From Thermodesulfovibrionales bacterium (GTDB lineage: Bacteria > Nitrospirota > Thermodesulfovibrionia > Thermodesulfovibrionales > UBA6898), in contig JBIOIY010000002.1 in NCBI GenBank assembly GCA_044450345.1, positions 107,852 to 171,851 of the forward strand: DNA of 64,000 bases, read 5' to 3'. The notes beneath the pieces were generated by a model, which was given only the letters and a program-made list of their open reading frames with translations, ran no database searches and was not told the DNA's origin. The position numbers and the translations under genes were made by a program. Positions 29,948 to 38,535 of the stretch are shown here, in pieces. Positions within the stretch are counted from its first letter, which is position 1, and every line of letters begins with the position of its first letter.

Positions 29948-30941
29948 GTACGACTTTCTCCTCCCTCAAGAACTTATCGCTTACAGGCCGTCCATAAAGA
30001 GGGACAACTCCAGACTGCTCGTGCTGCATAGAGACGGCGGGGTCGAACACAAAAGATTTCGGGACCTTCCCTGTTTTCTGAGGGCGGGCGACATGCTTCT
30101 CCTGAACAAGACAAAGGTCTTCCCCGCGAGGTTATCGGGTATCAAGCGGGGCGGGGGAAGGCTTGAGATACTTCTTGTCAAGGAGACTTCTCCGGGGATG
30201 TGGGATATCATGGCTAAGGGCAAATATACGGGTCCGATGCTGATTTCAGAAGGACTTACGGCATACATTTCAGGAGGAAAAATCGCCCTTTTCAAGGACC
30301 CGAAACGTCTAAGGGAGTTAATTTGGCAGGAGGGAGAAATGCCTCTTCCGCCTTATATCAGACGTCAGCCTGACGACTGTGACAAAGAGCGCTATCAGAC
30401 CGTATATGCAGAAATCGAGGGGTCGATCGCCGCCCCGACAGCAGGTCTTCATTTCACCCCTGAACTTCTCGACGCTATCGCCGCGGCATCCGTTCTGATA
30501 CGGCATGTGGTACTCCACGTCGGAACCGGGACCTTCAAGTTGGTAAAAACGGATGACATTGAAGACCACATTATGGAGAAGGAGTTGTTCGAAATCAACC
30601 CCTCTTTGCTGTCTGAGATCGCTGAAGTAAAGAGTCGGGGTGGCAGGATTATTGCCGTCGGTACGACTACCACTCGGGCCGTTGAAGGTTATCTTAGCGG
30701 GAAAAGCGAGATTGTATCTTCTCACGGCGCCATTCGCGGGCTTACGGATATCTTTATCCATGGACGTTATCGCCCTATGGCAGTGGACTCTGTTATTACA
30801 AATTTTCACCTCCCCCGTTCCACGCCACTGATGCTCACTGCGGTCTTTACGGGCAGGGCGAGACTCCTTCAGACATATGAAACCGCGATATCCATGGGAT
30901 ATAGATTTTTCTCCTATGGTGATGCTATGCTTGTTTTATGA
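29934..30941 (+). CDS. queA: S-adenosylmethionine:tRNA ribosyltransferase-isomerase
   Basis: It has YDFLLPQELIAYRP, PLPPYI, GSIAAPTAGLHF and VGTTTTRA. Confidence 0.95.
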   Translation: MKTAEYDFLLPQELIAYRPSIKRDNSRLLVLHRDGGVEHKRFRDLPCFLRAGDMLLLNKTKVFPARLSGIKRGGGRLEILLVKETSPGMWDIMAKGKYTGPMLISEGLTAYISGGKIALFKDPKRLRELIWQEGEMPLPPYIRRQPDDCDKERYQTVYAEIEGSIAAPTAGLHFTPELLDAIAAASVLIRHVVLHVGTGTFKLVKTDDIEDHIMEKELFEINPSLLSEIAEVKSRGGRIIAVGTTTTRAVEGYLSGKSEIVSSHGAIRGLTDIFIHGRYRPMAVDSVITNFHLPRSTPLMLTAVFTGRARLLQTYETAISMGYRFFSYGDAMLVL

Positions 30942-31618
30942 ACGGCGAGGCCCGGAAAGAAGACGCGTCGGTGCGTATAGTGGGCAGGGAATTCATTATC
31001 GCAGTTGTGGTGGTCTTCTCTTCCCTGAGCTTCACACTCGGTTACTTCGTCGGCAAGAATAATGCCGAAAAAAAGGCCGAACCGGTTGTCCAAACAGGTC
31101 TTAAACCTGCCGATATCGAGCCGCAACAAATCGGGCCTGCGGCTCAGCCGCAGCCCCCGAGATCCGAACGCCAGGCTGCCGGCGGGGGTATGCCTGTCCA
31201 GGACATGACCGCTCAGAAGAATGTCTCTTTGCCTTCGGGAGAGAGTCATATTGAAGGCAAGACCGCCGAAGCGCCAAAAGAAGCAGTAAATGACATATCT
31301 AAAGAGGACGCAAAAAAGGAACCGAGAGAGTCATCCCAAACAGACGGCAAACCGCATGTCAAATCGGGGGCAAACGAGACGGTCTACACCGTGCAGTTGG
31401 GCGCATTAAAGAATGCGGGGGAGGCCCGTCAATTAAAGGCCAAATACGCCAAAAAGGGATACAAAATATATATAACTGCCTTACGAAGCAAAGGCAAGAT
31501 GAAGATCTACAAAGTGAGGACCGGAGAATTCAGGGAGAAAAAGGACGCCGAGATTCTGGCCCTTCGACTCAAGAAGAACGAAGGGCTGTCCGCCTTTGTG
31601 ACAGTGAAAAACGATTAA
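30938..31618 (+). CDS. SPOR domain-containing membrane protein
   Basis: It has an N-terminal TM helix, a low-complexity linker, and a C-terminal SPOR fold (VYTVQLGALKNAGEARQL...YKVRTGEFREKKDAE). Its start forms an ATGA overlap with the queA stop. Confidence 0.8.
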   Translation: MNGEARKEDASVRIVGREFIIAVVVVFSSLSFTLGYFVGKNNAEKKAEPVVQTGLKPADIEPQQIGPAAQPQPPRSERQAAGGGMPVQDMTAQKNVSLPSGESHIEGKTAEAPKEAVNDISKEDAKKEPRESSQTDGKPHVKSGANETVYTVQLGALKNAGEARQLKAKYAKKGYKIYITALRSKGKMKIYKVRTGEFREKKDAEILALRLKKNEGLSAFVTVKND

Positions 31619-31816
31619 GGAGCTTCTACGAATACCACAGTCATAGAATTTGAAACTGAAGAAGAGGAATATACCTCTCTCATCACAAATCTCGAAAAAA
31701 ATCTCAAGGTCATCGAAGAGGCCCTTGACATAAGAGCCAGTTCGAGGGGGAACAAGATATTCCTCAAGGGAGAAGAAGGAAAAATCAGGACGGCCGAAAA
31801 ATTCATTCGCGAACTG

Positions 31817-32599
31817 ATGCACCTCGGCAGGGAAATCCCTTCCCTGAGCCCGGATGATATTCGCCATGCAATCAGGTCCGCTCCCGAGGGGGCCGAGTTG
31901 TCTCTGAAAGAACTTTTGCTGGACCATATACCGGTAGCCTCGAAACGGCGCTTCATCATACCCAAGACAACCACGCAAAAGGCCTATATCGACGCCATAC
32001 GCAATCACGACATGGTTATAGGGATAGGCCCCGCCGGAACAGGCAAGACTTATCTCGCAATGGCAATGGCGATCAGCGCCTTCCTGAAGAAGCAGGTGAG
32101 CAGGATAGTGCTGGCACGTCCTGCCATCGAGGCCGGAGAAAAGCTGGGGTTTCTGCCGGGAGATATGTTCGAAAAGGTCAATCCATATCTCAGGCCGCTT
32201 TACGACGCACTCTACGATATGATGGAGGCCGAGAAGGCGTCGCGGCTCATTGAACGCGGGGTGATAGAGATAGCGCCTCTTGCCTTTATGAGGGGGAGGA
32301 CCCTGAATGACTCTTTTATTATCCTTGACGAGGCTCAGAATACGACATCCGAGCAGATGAAGATGTACCTCACAAGACTTGGGTTTAATTCAAAAACCGT
32401 CATTACAGGCGATGTCACGCAGATCGACCTGCCGCCGGGAAAAAGTTCCGGTCTTGTCGAAGTAGTAAAAATACTTGAGGAAGTCAAAGGAATACGCTTC
32501 GTCTTCTTCTCCGAAAAAGACGTCGTCAGACATAAACTGGTGCAGGAGATAGTAAGGGCGTACGAAAGATATGAAAAACGGGATCCCGAAGGAGAGTAA
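31817..32599 (+). CDS. phoH: PhoH-family ATPase (first canonical start given; the homologous frame is open back to 31619)
   Basis: It has Walker A (GPAGTGKTYLAMA), ILDEAQN and VITGDVTQIDLP. The roughly 65 in-frame sense codons upstream also look like a PhoH N-terminus (see findings). Confidence 0.9.
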   Translation: MHLGREIPSLSPDDIRHAIRSAPEGAELSLKELLLDHIPVASKRRFIIPKTTTQKAYIDAIRNHDMVIGIGPAGTGKTYLAMAMAISAFLKKQVSRIVLARPAIEAGEKLGFLPGDMFEKVNPYLRPLYDALYDMMEAEKASRLIERGVIEIAPLAFMRGRTLNDSFIILDEAQNTTSEQMKMYLTRLGFNSKTVITGDVTQIDLPPGKSSGLVEVVKILEEVKGIRFVFFSEKDVVRHKLVQEIVRAYERYEKRDPEGE

Positions 32600-34115
32600 A
32601 CTTTTCCCCTTAGAATGGGTGTCGAACTGGAGGAGACTGCTCCTGATCGGCCTCTCTTCATTTGTCGTATCGCTGTCTCTGATGGTCAATCTGAGCCCCT
32701 GGAGATTTATCGGAGGGGCTCTCATTGCGTTCGTTCTTCTCGCTATACTCTACAGGGATATTATGCGTTACAGGCCGGCCTATATCAATAACTACAACAT
32801 GCTTTTTCTGCTTGGACTGATGATCGTCAGCACACTTGTTATCGGGAGGTTTTTTGACTATCTCCTGCTGAACCTTTCAAAGGGCATGGGGTCCATAGAT
32901 GCAGATACCGCGGTTTTCGGCATCCCCATCGCCGCGGGCGCCATGCTTGTCACTCTACTCTTCGACTTTCACACTGCTATCACATTCTCTTTTACCATAA
33001 GTCTGCTCACAGGATACTGGTTGAGCGACCCCTCGTATCCGATCTATACGTTTGTCGGCAGCCTCACTGCGGCCTTCAGCGTCATCCGGTGCAAAAAAAG
33101 GTCCGCTCTTCTTCGTGGCGGCTTTTATGTGGCGCTTACAAATGTACTCATCGCGCTGATACTGCTGATCAGCAAGGGAGATGTCCTTCCGGGAAAGATA
33201 TTATCATCGGTGATATTTGCGGTCTTTTCGGGCGTTACAGTCTCTTCCATCGTATCGTTGTTGCTGCCTTTTCTGGAATACACCTTTAAGGTCACCACCG
33301 ATATCAGCCTCCTCGAGCTTCTGGACCTCAACCAGCCCCTCATGAAGACCCTCATGATAAATGCCCCGGGAACATACCATCACAGCGTCATAGTGGGAAA
33401 CCTCGTCGAGGCGGCGGCCGAGGCCGTAGGTGTCAACCCGCTTCTTGCAAGAGTAAGTTCATATTATCACGATATCGGCAAGGTCAAGATGCCGGAGTAC
33501 TTTATAGAAAATCAGGGCGGTGCCCCGAGCAAACACGACAAGCTCACCCCCCATATGAGCAGTATGATCATCGTGAACCACGTGAAGGAAGGCGTGGAAT
33601 TGGCCAGACAATACAAACTCCCGCAGGTGCTTATCGATATTATAAAGCAGCACCACGGGTCCTCGCTTATCACGTATTTTTACCAGAAGGCAAGGGAGCA
33701 AACCGGTGAGCAGCAGTTGTCCATCGCAGAGGATTACAAATATCCAGGACCAAAGCCTCAGACCCGCGTTGCCGCACTTGTAATGATGGCAGACGCTGTC
33801 GAAGCTTCATCGAGGGTTCTGACTGACCCGACTCCGGCGCGGATATCGGCCCTTGTAGACAAAATAATCAATCATATATTCCTGGACGGCCAGCTCGATG
33901 AGTGCGAACTTACACTCAAGGACATCTCTGAGATAAAGAAGAGGTTTACCTACATCCTTACGGGGATTTTCCACAAGAGGATCGACTATCCGGGATTTGA
34001 TTTCGGTGATGGAAATATACATAAAGAACCTACAAAAGTCGACAAGGCTGCATCCGCAGAAGATAAGAAGGGACCTCGTCAAGGCGCTCCGATTACTAGG
34101 TCTTTCGCGAGCTGA
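32571..34115 (+). CDS. 7TM-HD (HDIG) phosphohydrolase, PgpH/YqfF-like
   Basis: It has a multi-TM region followed by an HD domain (GTYHHSVIVGNL, YYHDIGK, HHG). It occupies the position between phoH and ybeY, as in the classical yqfE-F-G operon. Confidence 0.85.
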   Translation: MKNGIPKESKLFPLEWVSNWRRLLLIGLSSFVVSLSLMVNLSPWRFIGGALIAFVLLAILYRDIMRYRPAYINNYNMLFLLGLMIVSTLVIGRFFDYLLLNLSKGMGSIDADTAVFGIPIAAGAMLVTLLFDFHTAITFSFTISLLTGYWLSDPSYPIYTFVGSLTAAFSVIRCKKRSALLRGGFYVALTNVLIALILLISKGDVLPGKILSSVIFAVFSGVTVSSIVSLLLPFLEYTFKVTTDISLLELLDLNQPLMKTLMINAPGTYHHSVIVGNLVEAAAEAVGVNPLLARVSSYYHDIGKVKMPEYFIENQGGAPSKHDKLTPHMSSMIIVNHVKEGVELARQYKLPQVLIDIIKQHHGSSLITYFYQKAREQTGEQQLSIAEDYKYPGPKPQTRVAALVMMADAVEASSRVLTDPTPARISALVDKIINHIFLDGQLDECELTLKDISEIKKRFTYILTGIFHKRIDYPGFDFGDGNIHKEPTKVDKAASAEDKKGPRQGAPITRSFAS

Positions 34116-34470
34116 ACTCAGCGTCGTATTCGTGAACAGCGAAAGAATGAAACGCCTCAACGCCCGTTACCGGGGTGTCGACAGGTCCACAGATGTATTG
34201 TCTTTTCCGCTGTCGGTCGGCCGACTTGCGGCGATTGACGAAAAACGGAGTAACACCCCATTCCCGCTCGGCGATATTGTCATATGCGTACCTATAGCTC
34301 TGCTCCAGGCAAAAGAGTACGGCATATCATTTCACGAGGAAACGCAGAGACTCCTTGTCCACGGGTTGCTGCATCTGGCCGGCTACGACCATGAATTAAA
34401 CGCGTATCAAAAGAGGAAGATGGTAAAAAAGGAGGGGGAACTTCTCGATGCCCTTACGGCAATGGCTTAA
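34009..34470 (+). CDS. ybeY: rRNA maturation endoribonuclease YbeY
   Basis: It has AELSVVFVNSERMKRLNARYRG, TDVLSFP and the zinc motif HGLLHLAGYDH. Confidence 0.92.
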   Translation: MEIYIKNLQKSTRLHPQKIRRDLVKALRLLGLSRAELSVVFVNSERMKRLNARYRGVDRSTDVLSFPLSVGRLAAIDEKRSNTPFPLGDIVICVPIALLQAKEYGISFHEETQRLLVHGLLHLAGYDHELNAYQKRKMVKKEGELLDALTAMA

Positions 34471-35146
34471 GAGCGCCAACTTCGCAATAGAGGGCATATT
34501 GCACGGCGCCCGGACCCAAAGGCATCTCAGGTACCATTTCATATCGGCAGCCGCGGTTCTGATAGTGAGTTATGTTCTCGGCGTCTCGCGACTGGAATTT
34601 ATTCTTCTCTCCCTTGCTGTGATCCTCGTCCTGTCTGCAGAGATGCTTAACAGCGCAGTCGAAGCAGTTGTTGACCTCTTGTCACCTGATTACACGGAAA
34701 AAGCCCGAATCGCAAAAGACATTGCCGCCGGGGCAGTCTTCATTGCCGCGTTCGGCGCAGCAGTATTAGGCTATGTAATCCTCTTCCCGTATGTAAAGAA
34801 AATCTTTTATGATGGTTTTCATGTGGCGAGACACTCAAAGGAGGACATCTCCCTAATCTCCTTCATTCTCATGTTGATATTCGTGATCATCGCTAAAACT
34901 TATTTTGGGAAAGGGCATCCGTTGAAAGGCGGAATGCCTAGCGGCCATTCGGCACTTGCCTTCTCCGTATGGGTATCCGTAACCTATACTACCGAAAACT
35001 TTCTTGCATCGCTCCTCTGTTTTGTCCTGGCGGCGCTGATAGCCCAGAGCAGGGTGAGTGCGAAGGTGCACAATCAGTGGGAGGTTGTCGCAGGGGCTTT
35101 AATGGGAGCCGCCCTCACCTTCCTCCTCTTTAAACTTTTTTCATAA
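34448..35146 (+). CDS. dgkA: Fusion protein: prokaryotic diacylglycerol/undecaprenol kinase (DgkA) N-terminal half plus a PAP2 phosphatase C-terminal half
   Basis: The N-terminal half has SANFAIEGI, EMLNSAVEAVVDL and AKDIAAGAV. The C-terminal half has KTYFGKGHP, PSGHSA and SRVSAKVHNQWE, which are the PAP2 C1-C3 motifs. Confidence 0.8.
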   Translation: MPLRQWLKSANFAIEGILHGARTQRHLRYHFISAAAVLIVSYVLGVSRLEFILLSLAVILVLSAEMLNSAVEAVVDLLSPDYTEKARIAKDIAAGAVFIAAFGAAVLGYVILFPYVKKIFYDGFHVARHSKEDISLISFILMLIFVIIAKTYFGKGHPLKGGMPSGHSALAFSVWVSVTYTTENFLASLLCFVLAALIAQSRVSAKVHNQWEVVAGALMGAALTFLLFKLFS

Positions 35147-35158
35147 TGCATGAGGGGC

Positions 35159-35190
35159 AAAAAAAAGAGGGAAGGGCAGAACCCTTCCCT
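35159..35190 (-). terminator. Intrinsic terminator downstream of glnA
   Basis: It has a 9-bp stem (AGGGAAGGG/CCCTTCCCT). On the minus strand it is followed by a TCTTTTTTTT tract. Confidence 0.8.
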
Positions 35191-35214
35191 TTAAGATCAC
35201 TATTACGGAGAGAG

Positions 35215-36627
35215 TTAAATATCGTAATAGAGGAAAAATTCATACGGATGAGGCCTCAACCTTAAGGCATCAACCTCCTTGGACCTCTTATAACTGATCC
35301 AGGTTTCCAGCGCGTCTTCGGTAAATACGTTCCCCTTCATTAGGTACTCGTGGTCGGCTTCAAGGTTATTGAGTGCCTCGTCGAGACTGGCCGGCATAGT
35401 AGGCACGGAAGCCAGTTCTTCAGGACCGAGCTCATAGATGTCCTTGTCGAGCGGTTCTCCCGGATGTATCTTGTTCTCTATACCATCAAGACCGGCCATA
35501 AGCATAGCTGCGAACGCAAGGTATCCATTGCAAGACGGGTCGGGGAACCTCACCTCGGCCCTCTTTGCCTTCGGGCTTGCCGAATACGTAGGTATCCTTA
35601 CACATGCAGACCGGTTTCTCGCCGAGTATGCCAGGTTCACCGGCGCCTCAAAGCCAGGCGTCAGCCTCTTGTAAGAATTTGTGGTCGGGTTTGTCAGCGC
35701 GGCCAGTGAGGGTGCATGCTTCAGGATTCCGCCGATATAATAAAGCGCCAAATCGCTCAGACCCGCATATCCGTTGCCCCCGAAAAGGGGCTTATTGCCC
35801 TTCCATATGCTCTGATGGACGTGCATTCCCGAACCGTTGTCGCCAAAAAGCGGCTTCGGCATAAAGGTGACCGTCTTATTATGTCTCTTGGCCACATTCT
35901 TGATGATGTATTTGAAAAGCATCAGTTTGTCGGCCATCCTTACAAGCGACTCAAACCTCATGTCTATCTCCGCCTGCCCGGCTGTGGCGACCTCATGGTG
36001 CTCCTTTTCCACATATATCCCGCACTTCAACATCTCCATGACCATCTCGGTCCTGAGATTCACCAGGCTGTCCGTCGGAGGTACCGGGAAATATCCCTCC
36101 TTGTGTCTCGGCTTGTACCCGAGATTTGGGTTTTCGTCCCGGCCCGAGTTCCAGATGCCTTCCACAGAATCGAGGAAATAGTAGCCGCTGTGCGAATTCT
36201 GGTCGAACTGGATATTGTCGAAGATGAAAAACTCGGCCTCAGGCCCGAAGTACGCGGTGTCGCCCAGCTTAGTTGATTTCAGGTAATTCTCTGCCTTTTG
36301 GGCTATGAACCGGGGGTCACGGGTATAATATTCCTTTGTGATGGGGTCCACGATATTGCAGATCAGGCTGATAGTGGGATACTCCATAAATGGGTCCATA
36401 AATGCCGTCTCCGCATCGGGTATGACCAGCATGTCCGAGGTATGGATCGCCTGCCAGCCCCTGATCGAAGAACCGTCGAAACCCAGTCCCTCCTCGAAGA
36501 TCTCTTCCTTCAGCTCAGCTATCGGTGCTGCAAAATGCTGCCAGATGCCGGGAAAATCGAGGAACTTGAAATTGACCATCACCGCCTTGTTTTCCTGCGC
36601 TAACTTGATTACGTCCTTTGTTGTCAT
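35215..36627 (-). CDS. glnA: Glutamine synthetase type I
   Basis: It has FDGSSI, the [12 protein letters not shown] region, [10 protein letters not shown], and [10 protein letters not shown]. Confidence 0.97.
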   Translation of the reverse strand: MTTKDVIKLAQENKAVMVNFKFLDFPGIWQHFAAPIAELKEEIFEEGLGFDGSSIRGWQAIHTSDMLVIPDAETAFMDPFMEYPTISLICNIVDPITKEYYTRDPRFIAQKAENYLKSTKLGDTAYFGPEAEFFIFDNIQFDQNSHSGYYFLDSVEGIWNSGRDENPNLGYKPRHKEGYFPVPPTDSLVNLRTEMVMEMLKCGIYVEKEHHEVATAGQAEIDMRFESLVRMADKLMLFKYIIKNVAKRHNKTVTFMPKPLFGDNGSGMHVHQSIWKGNKPLFGGNGYAGLSDLALYYIGGILKHAPSLAALTNPTTNSYKRLTPGFEAPVNLAYSARNRSACVRIPTYSASPKAKRAEVRFPDPSCNGYLAFAAMLMAGLDGIENKIHPGEPLDKDIYELGPEELASVPTMPASLDEALNNLEADHEYLMKGNVFTEDALETWISYKRSKEVDALRLRPHPYEFFLYYDI

Positions 36628-36748
36628 CTCTTCTCCTTTTTTAAAATAAAGTTATTGGAGCCTGGTGAATGGGGTTGACATCAAATCAGGTACCCACTCC
36701 CTTCTCTACTAATCTCGAAAAAAAAACTCTAATCCCTGTCTTTGTCTT

Positions 36749-37090
<342 letters not shown>

Positions 37091-37819
37091 TCACCTCCTA
37101 TTCCCTATTATGAATCCGTCCCTAAAAAAGCCTTTGTAAAAATTCAACGCCCGCTGATGGTAGTCGTCATAATACTGTTCGGTATCCCCGACTATACCGC
37201 CCATATCGACCGGCTCATCCTTCAGCCAGTCGTAGACCATCTCTTTCCTGACCTCGATATGGAACTGAAACGCATACGCATTGTTCCCGTACCTGAATGC
37301 CTGGTTTGGGTATAACGCCGATTTCGCAAGCCTGACAGCGCCGCTCGGCAGATCGAAGGTCTCGCCATGCCAATGAAAAACCTTGAACCTTTTCCAAAAA
37401 TCCCCGGCCTTCGGGTGAACGGCCATCTTTGTCATCAGCGAATCCCTGACGCCCTCCTCCTGGAGTTCGATGTCCAACCAGCCGACCTCTTTCTCCGGTC
37501 CGCGATAAACCCTTGCCCCGAGCGCACTGGCCATTATCTGCGCGCCGAGACAGACGCCCAATACCTTTTTCCCCTCCCGGATAAAATCCCGCACAAGCTC
37601 GACCTCTCTCCTAATATAAGGATAAATGTCAGATTCATTGACGCTCATGGATCCTCCCATGATTACCAGTGTATCCGCCTTTTCAGTTGAAGGCAACTCC
37701 TCGGTAGCAAGATCGACTATACTGTAATCAATCCCTTCTCCCCGGAGGTGGTCTTCTATAGTACCGGGGCCCTCTGAGGATACATTTTTCAGGATAAGCA
37801 CACTCACGAATCTTGACAT
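37091..37819 (-). CDS. Stand-alone class I glutamine amidotransferase (GuaA-like GATase1, COG0518)
   Basis: It has the nucleophile elbow GVCLGAQ and a His-Glu pair (FQFHIEV). Its TGA stop lies inside the glnB SD site. Confidence 0.8.
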   Translation of the reverse strand: MSRFVSVLILKNVSSEGPGTIEDHLRGEGIDYSIVDLATEELPSTEKADTLVIMGGSMSVNESDIYPYIRREVELVRDFIREGKKVLGVCLGAQIMASALGARVYRGPEKEVGWLDIELQEEGVRDSLMTKMAVHPKAGDFWKRFKVFHWHGETFDLPSGAVRLAKSALYPNQAFRYGNNAYAFQFHIEVRKEMVYDWLKDEPVDMGGIVGDTEQYYDDYHQRALNFYKGFFRDGFIIGNRR

Positions 37820-37929
37820 AACAAGAAACTTGCCAGAAATATCATCTTGGAAATAAAAGGTTTTTCAGGGCAGTTGTCGGGCGGATTGCCTAGTTCTTAA
37901 TCAGTGCTGCCCAAAAAGAAGGCAGATTC

Positions 37930-37961
37930 AAAAAAAAAGAGGTTCCGGAATCCGGAACCTC
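37930..37961 (-). terminator. Intrinsic terminator of the 124-aa membrane protein gene
   Basis: It has a 10-bp GC-rich stem (GAGGTTCCGG/CCGGAACCTC). On the minus strand it is followed by 9 T. Confidence 0.85.
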
Positions 37962-37985
37962 TCGGTCTCGATATACTATGCTCCG

Positions 37986-38360
37986 TTATTCCTTATCCCG
38001 CCGGTTCTTTTCCGGTTCATTTTCCGAAGGCCCCTCTTTTTTCTTCTGGCCAGCGAGATAGGACTCACTGGGCCTCCATCCGAAGGACGCTCTGCTCTTT
38101 GCCGAACTGAACGCCATCTGCGCCGCCTTCTGGAGAACCACCTTTATGAGCATAGCTATTCCGATGAAGGGCAGAAAAGCGGCATACAAAAGACCAATTA
38201 TCGGGCCAAGAACGATGATTCCCGTGGCAGGAAGTCTAAAATATACTGTCCTTTTGCCGCCCGGAAGCACGCCCTCATCACTCACGTCAATCCTTTCGCC
38301 GTTGGCGAAATTCCAGTATGTTCCTTTTCCTACTTTGCTGCCGGCGTTGTACCTTAACAT
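37986..38360 (-). CDS. Hypothetical small membrane protein
   Basis: It has a strong SD site (AAGGAGG), one or two central TM helices (IIVLGPIIGLLYAAFLPFIGIAMLI), a basic C-terminal tail and its own strong terminator. I recognised no family. Confidence 0.5.
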   Translation of the reverse strand: MLRYNAGSKVGKGTYWNFANGERIDVSDEGVLPGGKRTVYFRLPATGIIVLGPIIGLLYAAFLPFIGIAMLIKVVLQKAAQMAFSSAKSRASFGWRPSESYLAGQKKKEGPSENEPEKNRRDKE

Positions 38361-38484
38361 TTTCGTATCCTCCTTTATTCTTTTTCTCTCTTCTTGATTT
38401 AAGCATAATCCAATGTCCCTTCCGGCACAATGAGAAGATGTTCCTATTCGGGAGGGAATGTGTTCCTAGTGCCAAAGGTGTTTT

Positions 38485-38516
38485 TTGACCATCAAGACCG
38501 ATAATTGTTATATAAT
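38485..38516 (+). promoter_or_regulatory. Candidate sigma-70 promoter for the sigma-54 activator gene
   Basis: It has TTGACC, then 17-20 nt, then TTATATAAT, about 20 nt upstream of the start codon. Confidence 0.3.
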
Positions 38517-38535
38517 TTATATGTGAAAAGGGACT

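Noticed and set aside
37821-37835. A sigma-54-like element (TGGCAAGTTTCTTGT on the minus strand) lies in front of the GATase-glnB-glnA unit.
   Set aside because: The -24 half is good, but the -12 element reads TTGT, not TTGC. The element also ends 1 nt before the annotated ATG, so transcription would start inside the ORF. It is plausible only if the real start is a downstream GTG, and I have no evidence for that.
38469-38474. A perfect TGGCAC (minus strand) lies upstream of the 124-aa membrane protein gene, next to the sigma-54 activator.
   Set aside because: No TTGC-like -12 element occurs at the required GG-N10-GC spacing, so it is probably a chance match.
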